DNA of 64,000 nt, taken from the NCBI GenBank assembly GCA_947302655.1, contig CAMYVW010000002.1, forward strand, positions 169,537 through 233,536, written 5' to 3'. This DNA is from an uncultured Mycoplasmatota bacterium. GTDB lineage: Bacteria; Bacillota_I; Bacilli_A; RF39; UBA660. Shown here piece after piece: positions 18,129 through 26,912 of this stretch. The translations under genes and the position numbers were made by a program. The notes under the pieces are model-generated. The model was not told the DNA's origin and searched no databases. It saw only the letters and a program-made list of their open reading frames with translations. Position 1 is the first letter of the stretch, and each line of letters opens with the position of its first letter.

Positions 18129-20088
18129 TCAAAGTTGTATAAATGCTATAAAAATGTTAGGCATTGATATGATAGATAAGGCTCATAGTGGTCATCCAGG
18201 AATTGTTTTAGGAGCAGCAAATATTTTGTATACACTTTATGCAAAATGTTTAATGATTAATCCACGTGAACCTAATTGGTTTAATCGTGATCGTTTTGTT
18301 ATGTCTGCTGGTCATGGTTCTGCACTTTTATATAGTACTTTATATATGAGTGGTTATGATTTGACTATTAGTGATTTAAAAAACTTTAGAAGAATTAATT
18401 CCCTTACACCAGGTCATCCAGAATATGGAACAACACCAGGTGTTGATGCATCAACTGGACCTTTAGGTCAAGGTGTTGCTAATGCTGTTGGTATGGCGCT
18501 AGCAGAAAGATATTATCGAGAACTTACTCTTAAATATTATCCAGATAAAGCTTTAGTTGATTATTATACTTATGTACTTTGTGGCGATGGAGATTTAATG
18601 GAAGGTATTTCATATGAAGCCTTATCATTTGCCGGTACACAAAACTTAAATAAACTTATTGTTTTATATGATGCTAATGGAATTAGTTTAGATGGACCAA
18701 CATCATTAACTTTTACAGAAAATGTTGTTGATCGTATGGAAGCTTTAGGTTTTTCTATTCAAATGATTGAAAGTGATCCTGATTTAATAGAAAAAGCTAT
18801 TAAAAAAGCTAAAAGATCTAATAAACCCTCATTTATTTATATTGAATCAATAATAGGTGAAGGATCTAAATTACAAAATACAAATAAAGTTCATGGAAAA
18901 CCATTAGATAAGGATGATATTTCATCTCTTAGAAGTATTCTTGATATTAAAGAAGATCCTTTTGTTGTTCCTGTTGATATTTTAAAATTCATGCAAAAGA
19001 AAATAGAACAAAGATGTAAAAGTGTTTATGATGAATGGGCTAATGAAAAAACCATTATTTGTAATGCTAATAGAATGATTAAACAAATATTTAATAATAT
19101 CGAGAAAGGTACTTTAAGTGTTGATTTTGATGTTGCCAACTTTGAAGTAAGTGATGATTATACTGAAGACTTAAGAGATACTAATCAAAAAGTTATGAAT
19201 ATTATTGCAAGAAAAACACCGTTTTTTTTAGGCGGATCTGCAGATTTATCTTCTAGTACAAAAACATATATTTTTAATGAAGATTTTATGTCAAAAGATA
19301 AAACACTAGATCGTAACATTCCATTTGGAGTAAGAGAGCATGCTATGGGTGGTATTTTAAATGGTATGGCGCTTTGCAATCTAAATGTTTTTGGAAGTAC
19401 ATTTTTAACATTTAGTGATTATGTTAAACCAGCTATTAGAATGAGTGCAATGCAAAATTTAAATGTAAATTATGTATTTACACATGATTCTATTTTAATA
19501 GGTGAAGATGGACCTACTCATGAACCAATTGAACAATTAATTGCTCTTAGGTCAATTCCTAATATCACATTATTTAGACCTTGTGATATTAATGAGCTTT
19601 TAGGTTCTTGGGATTATATAGTGAAAAATAAAGGTACTAATATAGTGGTTGTTGCAAGAAAAGAGTTATCTAAACTTTCAGGTTCTAAAGCTGAACAAGT
19701 AAAAAATGGTGCTTATATGGTTAAAAAAGAGAAAAAACAACTTGATGCTGTTTTAGTTGCAAGTGGTTCTGAACTTGAGATAGCCATGAAAGTATCTGAT
19801 GAACTTGATTCTCTTGGAATGCACACTAGAGTTGTTAGTATGGTTTCACAAGAGCTATTTGATAAACAAAGTGATGAATATAAAAAAGAATTACTTCCTA
19901 ATAATGTCTTAAAAATTGCTATAGAGTTAAGTACTACTAATAATTATCAAAAGTATACAAGTGATAAATTTATTATAGGTATAAATGACTTTGGTTATAG
20001 TGGAAGTAAAAACGATGTAGCAGAAAAGATGTTAGTTGATTTTAAATCAATTAAATCAAGAGTAGAAAAAATTATTCGTAATAACTAA
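18085..20088 (+). CDS. tkt: Transketolase
   Basis: The TPP-binding motif SGHPG and GDGDLMEG are present. The likely true start is GTG at 18115 (VKVNDQSCINAIK...) after AAAAGGGA. The ORF-track ATG at 18085 overlaps the upstream gene. Confidence 0.9.
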   Translation: MLLLKRDVRIVKVNDQSCINAIKMLGIDMIDKAHSGHPGIVLGAANILYTLYAKCLMINPREPNWFNRDRFVMSAGHGSALLYSTLYMSGYDLTISDLKNFRRINSLTPGHPEYGTTPGVDASTGPLGQGVANAVGMALAERYYRELTLKYYPDKALVDYYTYVLCGDGDLMEGISYEALSFAGTQNLNKLIVLYDANGISLDGPTSLTFTENVVDRMEALGFSIQMIESDPDLIEKAIKKAKRSNKPSFIYIESIIGEGSKLQNTNKVHGKPLDKDDISSLRSILDIKEDPFVVPVDILKFMQKKIEQRCKSVYDEWANEKTIICNANRMIKQIFNNIEKGTLSVDFDVANFEVSDDYTEDLRDTNQKVMNIIARKTPFFLGGSADLSSSTKTYIFNEDFMSKDKTLDRNIPFGVREHAMGGILNGMALCNLNVFGSTFLTFSDYVKPAIRMSAMQNLNVNYVFTHDSILIGEDGPTHEPIEQLIALRSIPNITLFRPCDINELLGSWDYIVKNKGTNIVVVARKELSKLSGSKAEQVKNGAYMVKKEKKQLDAVLVASGSELEIAMKVSDELDSLGMHTRVVSMVSQELFDKQSDEYKKELLPNNVLKIAIELSTTNNYQKYTSDKFIIGINDFGYSGSKNDVAEKMLVDFKSIKSRVEKIIRNN

Positions 20089-20104
20089 ATTCGACATTGT
20101 TATT

Positions 20105-20140
20105 AATCACCATCTAATATAATTTAGATGGTGATTTTTT
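20105..20140 (+). terminator. Intrinsic terminator after tkt
   Basis: A 13-bp stem aatcaccatctaa/ttagatggtgatt with a 6-nt loop is followed by TTTTTT. Confidence 0.6.
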
Positions 20141-20551
20141 ATGAGAACATTTCATATTTTTAATATTGATAAAAGTATTGCGCTTTTAACTAAGAATGAT
20201 ACATATCAGCTATATAATACTTTTAAAAAGATTAAGAGTTTAAACTCTAGTAATTTATCTTTAGGTATTAATTTATATGAACAAGTTGCATTACCTATTA
20301 AAAAAGATAAGTATAATAAGTTTCTATTTAAAAGTTATGGCGATAGTGATTTTTATTATAAGTTTAAAAATGATCATACTTATTATAATAAATATCGAAA
20401 TGAGGAAAGTCATTTAAGAGTTGGAAGTGCTTTTTTAAAACTTGAATCAAATGTTTCAAATCCAGATTTTTTTAGGTTTTTAAAAAAAGATCATTATTTA
20501 TTTGCATGTGATTTTGATAACTGTGACTATTTCTGGCTTGATACTATATAG
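20141..20551 (+). CDS. SirA (YneE)-like sporulation inhibitor of replication (tentative)
   Basis: The 136-aa protein lies directly after tkt as yneE/sirA does in Bacillus. Its C-terminal FACDFDNCDYFWLD resembles B. subtilis SirA FLAMDFNSKRYGWLN. Confidence 0.4.
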   Translation: MRTFHIFNIDKSIALLTKNDTYQLYNTFKKIKSLNSSNLSLGINLYEQVALPIKKDKYNKFLFKSYGDSDFYYKFKNDHTYYNKYRNEESHLRVGSAFLKLESNVSNPDFFRFLKKDHYLFACDFDNCDYFWLDTI

Positions 20552-20615
20552 ACACTAAAAACTAAATATGGTATTATACTTAGAACTATTTAATTGAAGG
20601 AGTTAAATTATATAT

Positions 20616-21407
20616 ATGGGCCGTTCAAATTTAGATTTACTTGTTAAGCAACATTTTTATAAACATGTTTTGGATATTACTGGTGAAAGAATATTCCATG
20701 GTAGAAAAATTGATTTTAAGAATTCAACATATAATTTTTATTATGTTCTTTCTTTATATATGATTGGAAGGTTTGATGAATCTTTAGAACACTGCCAAAA
20801 ATGTATTGAAAAATATGAAGGCTGTGAAAAAGATATTGGTAATTTTTATGACGTGTTATCCTATATTTACTTTCGAAAAGGTGATTACCATAGATATTTT
20901 TCTAATGAATTATTTCAAAAGATATCAAATAAACGGTATTTAAGTAAGGGTTTATATCTTAATGTTTTACCAACTATTCTTTATGATCAAAAAGGTATTA
21001 ATCTATTCGAAACTAATAGTAAAGCACTATTAAATCATATTGAAAAAAAACATGGTGATTCATATTTTGTTGACTCTGAAAAGGTTTTATCTATTGTTAG
21101 TGAGAATTTTTCTAAGGCTCAAAAATTTTATAGTGGTTACCACATTATTAAAGCCTTTAAATGTGATGGCGTTGCTATTGGACCAAGTCATGTAATGTAT
21201 AATTATTTACTTGCTGTATCAAAAACTGATTGTCCTGATTCCATTATTACTATTTATCCAATACAATATCCTGGAGATTTAACTTATTCTGACATAACAG
21301 ATGAGTATAATAATAAAATGGAATCATTTAATGCTGCAGAGAAGAAAGAATTTGGTTCAAGACAAAGAGAAAGATTTAATAAAAGACAAGCATCAAAGTC
21401 TAAGTAG
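20616..21407 (+). CDS. Hypothetical protein, paralog A of a tandem pair (CxxC motif, conserved FKCD and YPxQxPGDxxYxDITD motifs)
   Basis: An RBS GAAGGAG precedes the start. It shares motifs with the next ORF. Confidence 0.5.
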   Translation: MGRSNLDLLVKQHFYKHVLDITGERIFHGRKIDFKNSTYNFYYVLSLYMIGRFDESLEHCQKCIEKYEGCEKDIGNFYDVLSYIYFRKGDYHRYFSNELFQKISNKRYLSKGLYLNVLPTILYDQKGINLFETNSKALLNHIEKKHGDSYFVDSEKVLSIVSENFSKAQKFYSGYHIIKAFKCDGVAIGPSHVMYNYLLAVSKTDCPDSIITIYPIQYPGDLTYSDITDEYNNKMESFNAAEKKEFGSRQRERFNKRQASKSK

Positions 21408-21455
21408 TTTGTGATTATTTTTAGATGAACAGCATATGGACAAATATCAAATGTT

Positions 21456-22316
21456 TTGCTATTATATGTAAACTTAATTGTTTGGGGTGTTATTATGAAG
21501 GGAAAAAACCTGGATCACTTATTAAGAGAAAATTATTTTAATAGAGTTATTGAAGATGTTGAAAGAAACAGCTATGAGGGTGAGGATAGATTAATTAAGT
21601 ATCCGTTTGTTTGTGTCCGTTATTTATCAGCTTTAATAGCTATATCCAGATTTGAAGATGCAGAAAGAATATGTAAAAAGTGTTTATTATATTTACGTAA
21701 TAATCGCGATAAACAAAGGGACGCTAAACATTTGGAAGAAATATTTTCATATCTTCTTGCTGAAACATATTTCTATTCAGAAAAGTATCACAAGTTATTT
21801 GCAATATTAGAGCACATAACTGAGCCATGCTTTGAAAAGGCTTTTAGAAGATCTGTACTAACTAAAATACTTGATGATGCTACTATATTAAGCGGCTCTG
21901 ATGTGAGCTTTGGAACTAGCTTAGTTACTAATCCACTGCACCATATTAATGGAAAGCATGGATTTGAGTTTTTTAAAGAACCAGAGAAAGTTCTTGAGAC
22001 CGTAAAAGCAAATTTTGATAAGCCTAGAACATATAATCAAAAATTTGCTTTTGTGAAAATGTTTAAATGTGATAACATTGGAATTTTTTTAAAAAACCAT
22101 GTGGTATGTAATTACATTATAGTTGCTGCTTGCACCAATAATTCTGATCACATATTATCTATGTATCCGGTTCAGCTTCCTGGTGATATGGAATATTTTG
22201 ATATAACCGATATGGTTGCTAGTAAACATATAGAAGATGATAAGATAAATGAAGCTGTTCCAACACTTAGTAGGATAGATAAGTTTAGACAAAGATCTAT
22301 GAAAAAGAAAAATTAA
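21456..22316 (+). CDS. Hypothetical protein, paralog B of the tandem pair
   Basis: The likely start is ATG at 21495 (MKGKNLDHLL) after GGGGTG. Motifs FKCDNIG and YPVQLPGDMEYFDITD are shared with paralog A. GC is higher than in paralog A. Confidence 0.5.
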   Translation: MLLYVNLIVWGVIMKGKNLDHLLRENYFNRVIEDVERNSYEGEDRLIKYPFVCVRYLSALIAISRFEDAERICKKCLLYLRNNRDKQRDAKHLEEIFSYLLAETYFYSEKYHKLFAILEHITEPCFEKAFRRSVLTKILDDATILSGSDVSFGTSLVTNPLHHINGKHGFEFFKEPEKVLETVKANFDKPRTYNQKFAFVKMFKCDNIGIFLKNHVVCNYIIVAACTNNSDHILSMYPVQLPGDMEYFDITDMVASKHIEDDKINEAVPTLSRIDKFRQRSMKKKN

Positions 22317-22374
22317 TATTTATTAATTTTTAAAAATATAGTAAAATGTATTTTATAAAAGGAGAGAATAAAAC

Positions 22375-22587
22375 ATGTTAAGTAATATATTATATTTAAT
22401 TGGAGGATTAGTATTAGGTTTAATTGTTGGTTTTGTTCTAGCAAAAAAAATGATGGAAAAATACTTAAAAAAGAATCCACCTATTAATGAAAAAATGATT
22501 GAAGTAATGATGAGCAGCATGGGAAGAAAGCCAAATAAAAAACAAATTAATCAAGTTATGCAACAAATGAATAGAGGAATGAAATAA
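22375..22587 (+). CDS. yneF: UPF0154/YneF family small membrane protein
   Basis: The 70-aa protein has an N-terminal TM helix and a KKNPPINEKMI motif. It sits downstream of tkt and the sirA-like gene as in Bacillus. Confidence 0.7.
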   Translation: MLSNILYLIGGLVLGLIVGFVLAKKMMEKYLKKNPPINEKMIEVMMSSMGRKPNKKQINQVMQQMNRGMK

Positions 22588-22614
22588 AAGCCAAAAATTG
22601 GCTTTTATTTTTTT
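22586..22614 (+). terminator. Intrinsic terminator after yneF
   Basis: aaagccaa-aaat-tggcttt is followed by a T-run. Confidence 0.6.
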
Positions 22615-22635
22615 GTCAAAAAAGTGTAAAAATCG

Positions 22636-22664
22636 TAGACAAAGAAACTATCTCTATATATAAT
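22636..22664 (+). promoter_or_regulatory. Sigma-A type promoter for lon
   Basis: TAGACA, a 17-nt spacer and TATAAT. An upstream TGTCAAAAAAGTGTAAAA at 22613-22631 is a weak CtsR-like direct repeat. Confidence 0.4.
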
Positions 22665-22682
22665 AAAAAACAATTATTTTGT

Positions 22683-24992
22683 TTGGAGGTGATCCCTTTG
22701 AAATATAATCTTCCGGTTGTACTTTTAAAGGGACTTATTACCCTTCCAGAACAAGAAATAAAACTTGAAATAAATAATGAATATAGTAAAAAAACCATCA
22801 GTATTTCTAAAGAATCTTATGCATCTAAGGTGCTTATTATCTGTCCTAAGAATCAAAAAGAAGAAGAACCTGATGTTAGTGATTTACCTAAAGTTGGTGT
22901 TGTTGCTGATGTTATATCATCTATAACACTTCCAAATAAAAATGATAGAGTTGTTTTAAAGGGTATTAAAAGAGTAGCTGTTAATAAGTATTTTAATATG
23001 GATAAAAACCGTGATGTTTTACTTAGCAAGGTTCAAGATATTGAACTTCCTAAATTAAACAAGAAAGAAAAAGAAGCAGCTAAAAGAAAACTTATATCAC
23101 TTCTTAGAAAATTTATTAAATCAAATCCGTCTATTTCTAATAGTATTTTATCTAAAGTAACTCATATAAATGATTTAGATTTACTTACTGATACAATATC
23201 TTCTTTCTTACCACTTACGTTTTCAAAAAAACTAGATTTAATGCAAGAAATTAATTCTAATAAAAGAGCTAAGATTTTAATTGAAGATATTTTAGTAGAA
23301 CTTGAAATTATTGCTCTTGAAAATCAGATAGATGAAGAGTTAAAAGTAAAACTTGATGATGCTCAAAAAGAATTTTATTTAAAAGAAAAAGTAAAACTAA
23401 TTAAAGAAGAATTAGGTGAAAAATCAGGAAAAGAAGTTGATATCGAAAATATCTATAAAGAAATTGATAATCGACAATTTCCTGAAAGAATATATAATCG
23501 TATTTTAAAAGAGACTAAAAAGTATGAAATGGTTTCTGATATAAGCCCTGAATCTTCAATGATTAAAAACTATATTGATTTGTTACTTGATTTACCTTGG
23601 AATATATATACTGATGATGAACTTGATGTTAAAACAGTTGAAAAAAGATTAAATAAAACTCACTATGGACTAGATGATATAAAAAAGAGAGTAATTGAAT
23701 TTTTATATCTAAAAAAAATAAATCCGGAAATAAATACACCTATTTTATGCTTAGTTGGTCCACCAGGTGTTGGAAAGTCAACTTTTGCTCATTCAATTGC
23801 TGATGCTATTAATAGAAAGTTTACTAAAATTAGTGTTGGTGGTTTAAATGATAGCGCTGAATTAACTGGTCACAGAAAAACTTATGTTGGTTCTGCTCCT
23901 GGAAAGATAATTAATGCTTTTAAAAAATGTCAAAGTAATAATCCAGTTATTTTGATTGATGAAGTAGATAAAATGGTAAAAGATTTTAAAGGTGATCCTG
24001 CATCAACTCTTTTAGATATTTTAGATATTAATCAAAATAAGGATTTCGTTGATAACTATTTAGATGAACCATATGATTTATCAAAAACTTTCTTTATATT
24101 AACTGCAAATGATATCAATAATATTCCTAATGAACTTAGAGATAGATTAGAAATCATTGAGATTAATAGTTATACCGAATTTGATAAATCAAATATAGCA
24201 AAAAAACATATTATTCCACGAATACATGATTTATATAATATTAAAAAGAATAATGTATTAATAAATGATAAAGAATTAAAACAAATAATTAATAGTTATA
24301 CAAAAGAATCAGGTGTTAGAGATTTAGAAAGAACTCTTGAAACATTATATAGGAAAGTTCTAATTGATAATGAATCATATCCAATTAGTATTTCCTCTGA
24401 TTTAATTTTAAAATATTTAGGTAAACCAAAATATGAACATTTAGATTATTCAAATTGGTATGTTGGTTGTTGTAACTGTTTAGCGTATACATCATGTGGT
24501 GGTGAAGTTCTTCCAGTTGAAGCTTGTATATCAAATAAAGAAAGTGAAATAACTGGAATGCTTGGTAGTTCAATGATTGAAAGTATAAGTGTTGTTAATT
24601 CTTACATTTATAGCCATTTAAAAGATTTTAATTTAACAGAAGAAATGTTAAATCAAAACATTCATATTCATTTTTTAGATGGTGCATCACCTAAAGATGG
24701 ACCAAGTGCTGGTTTATCTGCTGTAACAGTACTTCTTAGTTTATTTAAAAACAAAGAAGTACCAAGAAATATTGCTATGACAGGGGAAATAACTTTATCT
24801 GGTAATATACTTAAAGTAGGTGGATTAAAAGAAAAGTTAATTGGAGCTTATAACAATAAAATCAAAAAAGTATATATTCCAAAAACAAATGAAGCAGATT
24901 TAGACGATATACCTGTTTTAATTAAAAATAAACTAGAAATTGTTTTAGTTTCAGATTACAAAGAAATATATAATGATTTATTTAAAAATTAG
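22683..24992 (+). CDS. lon: ATP-dependent Lon protease (LonA type)
   Basis: A Lon N-domain, AAA+ Walker A GPPGVGKST and the protease Ser-Lys dyad (DGPSAGLS ... K) are present. The likely start is TTG at 22698 after GGAGGTGA. Confidence 0.9.
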   Translation: MEVIPLKYNLPVVLLKGLITLPEQEIKLEINNEYSKKTISISKESYASKVLIICPKNQKEEEPDVSDLPKVGVVADVISSITLPNKNDRVVLKGIKRVAVNKYFNMDKNRDVLLSKVQDIELPKLNKKEKEAAKRKLISLLRKFIKSNPSISNSILSKVTHINDLDLLTDTISSFLPLTFSKKLDLMQEINSNKRAKILIEDILVELEIIALENQIDEELKVKLDDAQKEFYLKEKVKLIKEELGEKSGKEVDIENIYKEIDNRQFPERIYNRILKETKKYEMVSDISPESSMIKNYIDLLLDLPWNIYTDDELDVKTVEKRLNKTHYGLDDIKKRVIEFLYLKKINPEINTPILCLVGPPGVGKSTFAHSIADAINRKFTKISVGGLNDSAELTGHRKTYVGSAPGKIINAFKKCQSNNPVILIDEVDKMVKDFKGDPASTLLDILDINQNKDFVDNYLDEPYDLSKTFFILTANDINNIPNELRDRLEIIEINSYTEFDKSNIAKKHIIPRIHDLYNIKKNNVLINDKELKQIINSYTKESGVRDLERTLETLYRKVLIDNESYPISISSDLILKYLGKPKYEHLDYSNWYVGCCNCLAYTSCGGEVLPVEACISNKESEITGMLGSSMIESISVVNSYIYSHLKDFNLTEEMLNQNIHIHFLDGASPKDGPSAGLSAVTVLLSLFKNKEVPRNIAMTGEITLSGNILKVGGLKEKLIGAYNNKIKKVYIPKTNEADLDDIPVLIKNKLEIVLVSDYKEIYNDLFKN

Positions 24993-25016
24993 AGAAATGA
25001 TTCTCTAATTTTTTTA
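24989..25016 (+). terminator. Intrinsic terminator after lon
   Basis: agagaa-atga-ttctct is followed by TTTTTTT. Confidence 0.55.
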
Positions 25017-25018
25017 TG

Positions 25019-25046
25019 TCATATTTCTAACTTATTATCATATTTT
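25019..25046 (+). promoter_or_regulatory. Candidate sigma-E type sporulation promoter upstream of spoVID-like gene
   Basis: tcATATTt, a spacer of about 13 nt and CATATTTT resemble the SigE consensus ATATT-N14-CATACA-T. Confidence 0.3.
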
Positions 25047-25067
25047 TTAATTAGGAGATGATTATTT

Positions 25068-25763
25068 TTGAATATAACTATTCCTTTTTCTAAAGATTTA
25101 CCATTTAAAACTAAGATAGCTGAAATATGTAGTATTTCTCTTGAACAAGATGTAAGTATTAATGAAAAAGAACTACTTGGTGATTTTATTATTTCGGGAG
25201 ATTATAAGAACTTAGATATTAATGTTGATACAGTTCCTTTTAGTTTTGTTATTCCTTTTTCTGTTGATCTTGAAAATGAAATTGATCTTGATACTTTAAA
25301 ATATGAAATATATGATTTTAAATATGATATTCTTGATGATGAAATTTTAAATATTATGATATCTTTTCATGTAGAAGCAGATAAAAATAATAATTTTAAT
25401 ACAGATATTTTTGAAAGAGTTGATAAAGAAGAGTTGTTAAAAAGTGATGAATTAAATGTTTTATCTAGTAAGAGTGATATAAATAATTTATTATTTGATG
25501 ATGAAAAGATAAATGATATTAATGATAGTAATAACTCTTTAGATAGTGAAAGAGAAGATAATAGTGCCAATTTAATTTCATCAAATAATTTAGAAGAAGA
25601 TTATATTACATACCATATACATATGGTAAAACTAAATGACACTATTGAATCAATTTCTAAAGAATATAGAATTGACAAAGATGAATTAGTAGAAATTAAT
25701 GATATTACAAATATTAATATTGGAGATAAACTAATTATTCCTATAAATAATGAAACAGAATAA
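25068..25763 (+). CDS. spoVID: SpoVID-like spore morphogenetic protein (N-terminal SpoVID domain, C-terminal LysM)
   Basis: A TTG start follows AGGAG. The N-terminus (AEICSISLEQDVSINEKELLGDFIISGDY) resembles the SpoVID N-domain. An acidic middle region and a C-terminal LysM (YHIHMVKLNDTIESISKEY...GDKLIIP) follow. Confidence 0.5.
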   Translation: MNITIPFSKDLPFKTKIAEICSISLEQDVSINEKELLGDFIISGDYKNLDINVDTVPFSFVIPFSVDLENEIDLDTLKYEIYDFKYDILDDEILNIMISFHVEADKNNNFNTDIFERVDKEELLKSDELNVLSSKSDINNLLFDDEKINDINDSNNSLDSEREDNSANLISSNNLEEDYITYHIHMVKLNDTIESISKEYRIDKDELVEINDITNINIGDKLIIPINNETE

Positions 25764-26658
25764 TGATTTAGAAGTTATAAATCAGATTTATAAACCTTAT
25801 AAATACACTATAAAAGGTAATGTAAAAATATTAAAATGTCATGATAGGGATATTGTTATCAAACCTAAAAATGATTTAATTTATGAAAGGTACAGTTATT
25901 TAAACTCTAGAGGTTTTGATAATTATATACCAATTATAGATAGTGATAGAAAAAGTTATGATATTTATCCATATGTATATGAAGATAATATACCAATTCA
26001 GCAAAAAGGAAATGATTTAGCAAGAGTTGTAGCCCTTCTTCATGCTAAAACATCTTATAATAAAGATGTGGATCAAAATACTTATGATGATATATATAAT
26101 ACTTTAGTAAATAACTGTGATTATATTAAGGAGTACTATAGTAATTTATATGATGAGTTATTTCCTATAAAGTATCATAAACCTCATGAAATAATGTTTC
26201 TTGATAATTATAGTAAGATTAATAATGCAATATTATTTAGTAAAAATGAACTTGAAAAATGGTATATGCTAATATCAAATAAAAAGAATCAAAGGGTTGC
26301 ATTGATTCATAATAATTTGAAACTAGAACATTATTTAAAATCTAATAATGATTATTTAATTAGTTTTGATAAATCGAGATTTGATACTCCAGTTATTGAT
26401 TTATATAAGCTATATAAAAAGGAATATAATAATTTAAATTTTAGTGAAGTTCTTAATAATTATTTATATCATTTTAATTATAATGATGATGAACTTAAAT
26501 TATTTTTTGTTTTAATTACAATTCCTGATGAAATAATTTTTAATAGTGATAATTTTACTAATCTTCAAAGCATATATAATTTATGTAATTATATTAATAA
26601 AACAGAAGAATTAGTGAGGCCATATTATTCTAATAATGAAGAAAAAGAAGAGGCATAA
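25750..26658 (+). CDS. YsxE/CotS-family kinase-like spore coat protein (tentative)
   Basis: It follows the spoVID-like gene as ysxE does in Bacillus. A LIHNNLKLEHYL segment resembles the CotS/APH-fold HxDxxxxN region. Confidence 0.4.
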   Translation: MKQNNDLEVINQIYKPYKYTIKGNVKILKCHDRDIVIKPKNDLIYERYSYLNSRGFDNYIPIIDSDRKSYDIYPYVYEDNIPIQQKGNDLARVVALLHAKTSYNKDVDQNTYDDIYNTLVNNCDYIKEYYSNLYDELFPIKYHKPHEIMFLDNYSKINNAILFSKNELEKWYMLISNKKNQRVALIHNNLKLEHYLKSNNDYLISFDKSRFDTPVIDLYKLYKKEYNNLNFSEVLNNYLYHFNYNDDELKLFFVLITIPDEIIFNSDNFTNLQSIYNLCNYINKTEELVRPYYSNNEEKEEA

Positions 26659-26824
26659 CTCAAGAAAAAGTATAAATACATTAAATCTTAGTGGTATAAA
26701 AAAAGTTATAATTATTTGATAAAATATTAATACAGCTAAGGAAAATAATATTAATATAGTAAAAAAATAATTTGGTCTTTTATACATATTTCAACACCTA
26801 ATATACTATATTCAGTTTATTTAT

Positions 26825-26852
26825 ATTACGTTAATTTTAACGTAATTTTTTT
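26825..26852 (+). terminator. Intrinsic terminator
   Basis: attacgtt-aatttt-aacgtaat is followed by TTTTTTT. Confidence 0.55.
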
Positions 26853-26864
26853 GTGTTTAACAAA

Positions 26865-26893
26865 TTGATAAATAGGTAATCTTATGTTATAAT
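26865..26893 (+). promoter_or_regulatory. Consensus sigma-A promoter driving the two pilin-like genes
   Basis: TTGATA, a 17-nt spacer and TATAAT. Confidence 0.55.
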
Positions 26894-26912
26894 TTTTCCA
26901 TAGTAGAAGAGT

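Noticed and set aside
22613-22631. A CtsR-like direct repeat TGTCAAAAAAGTGTAAAA lies upstream of lon.
   Set aside because: The second heptad matches the GGTCAAA consensus poorly. LonA is not a canonical CtsR target. It is probably a chance A-rich match, and no CIRCE element was found either.
26611-26787. A 58-aa very hydrophobic ORF on the minus strand has an AGGTG RBS and overlaps the 3' end of the ysxE-like gene.
   Set aside because: Its composition (Phe/Ile/Leu runs) is what antisense AT-rich DNA produces by chance. It also overlaps a coding gene tail-to-tail. It is not reported as a feature.
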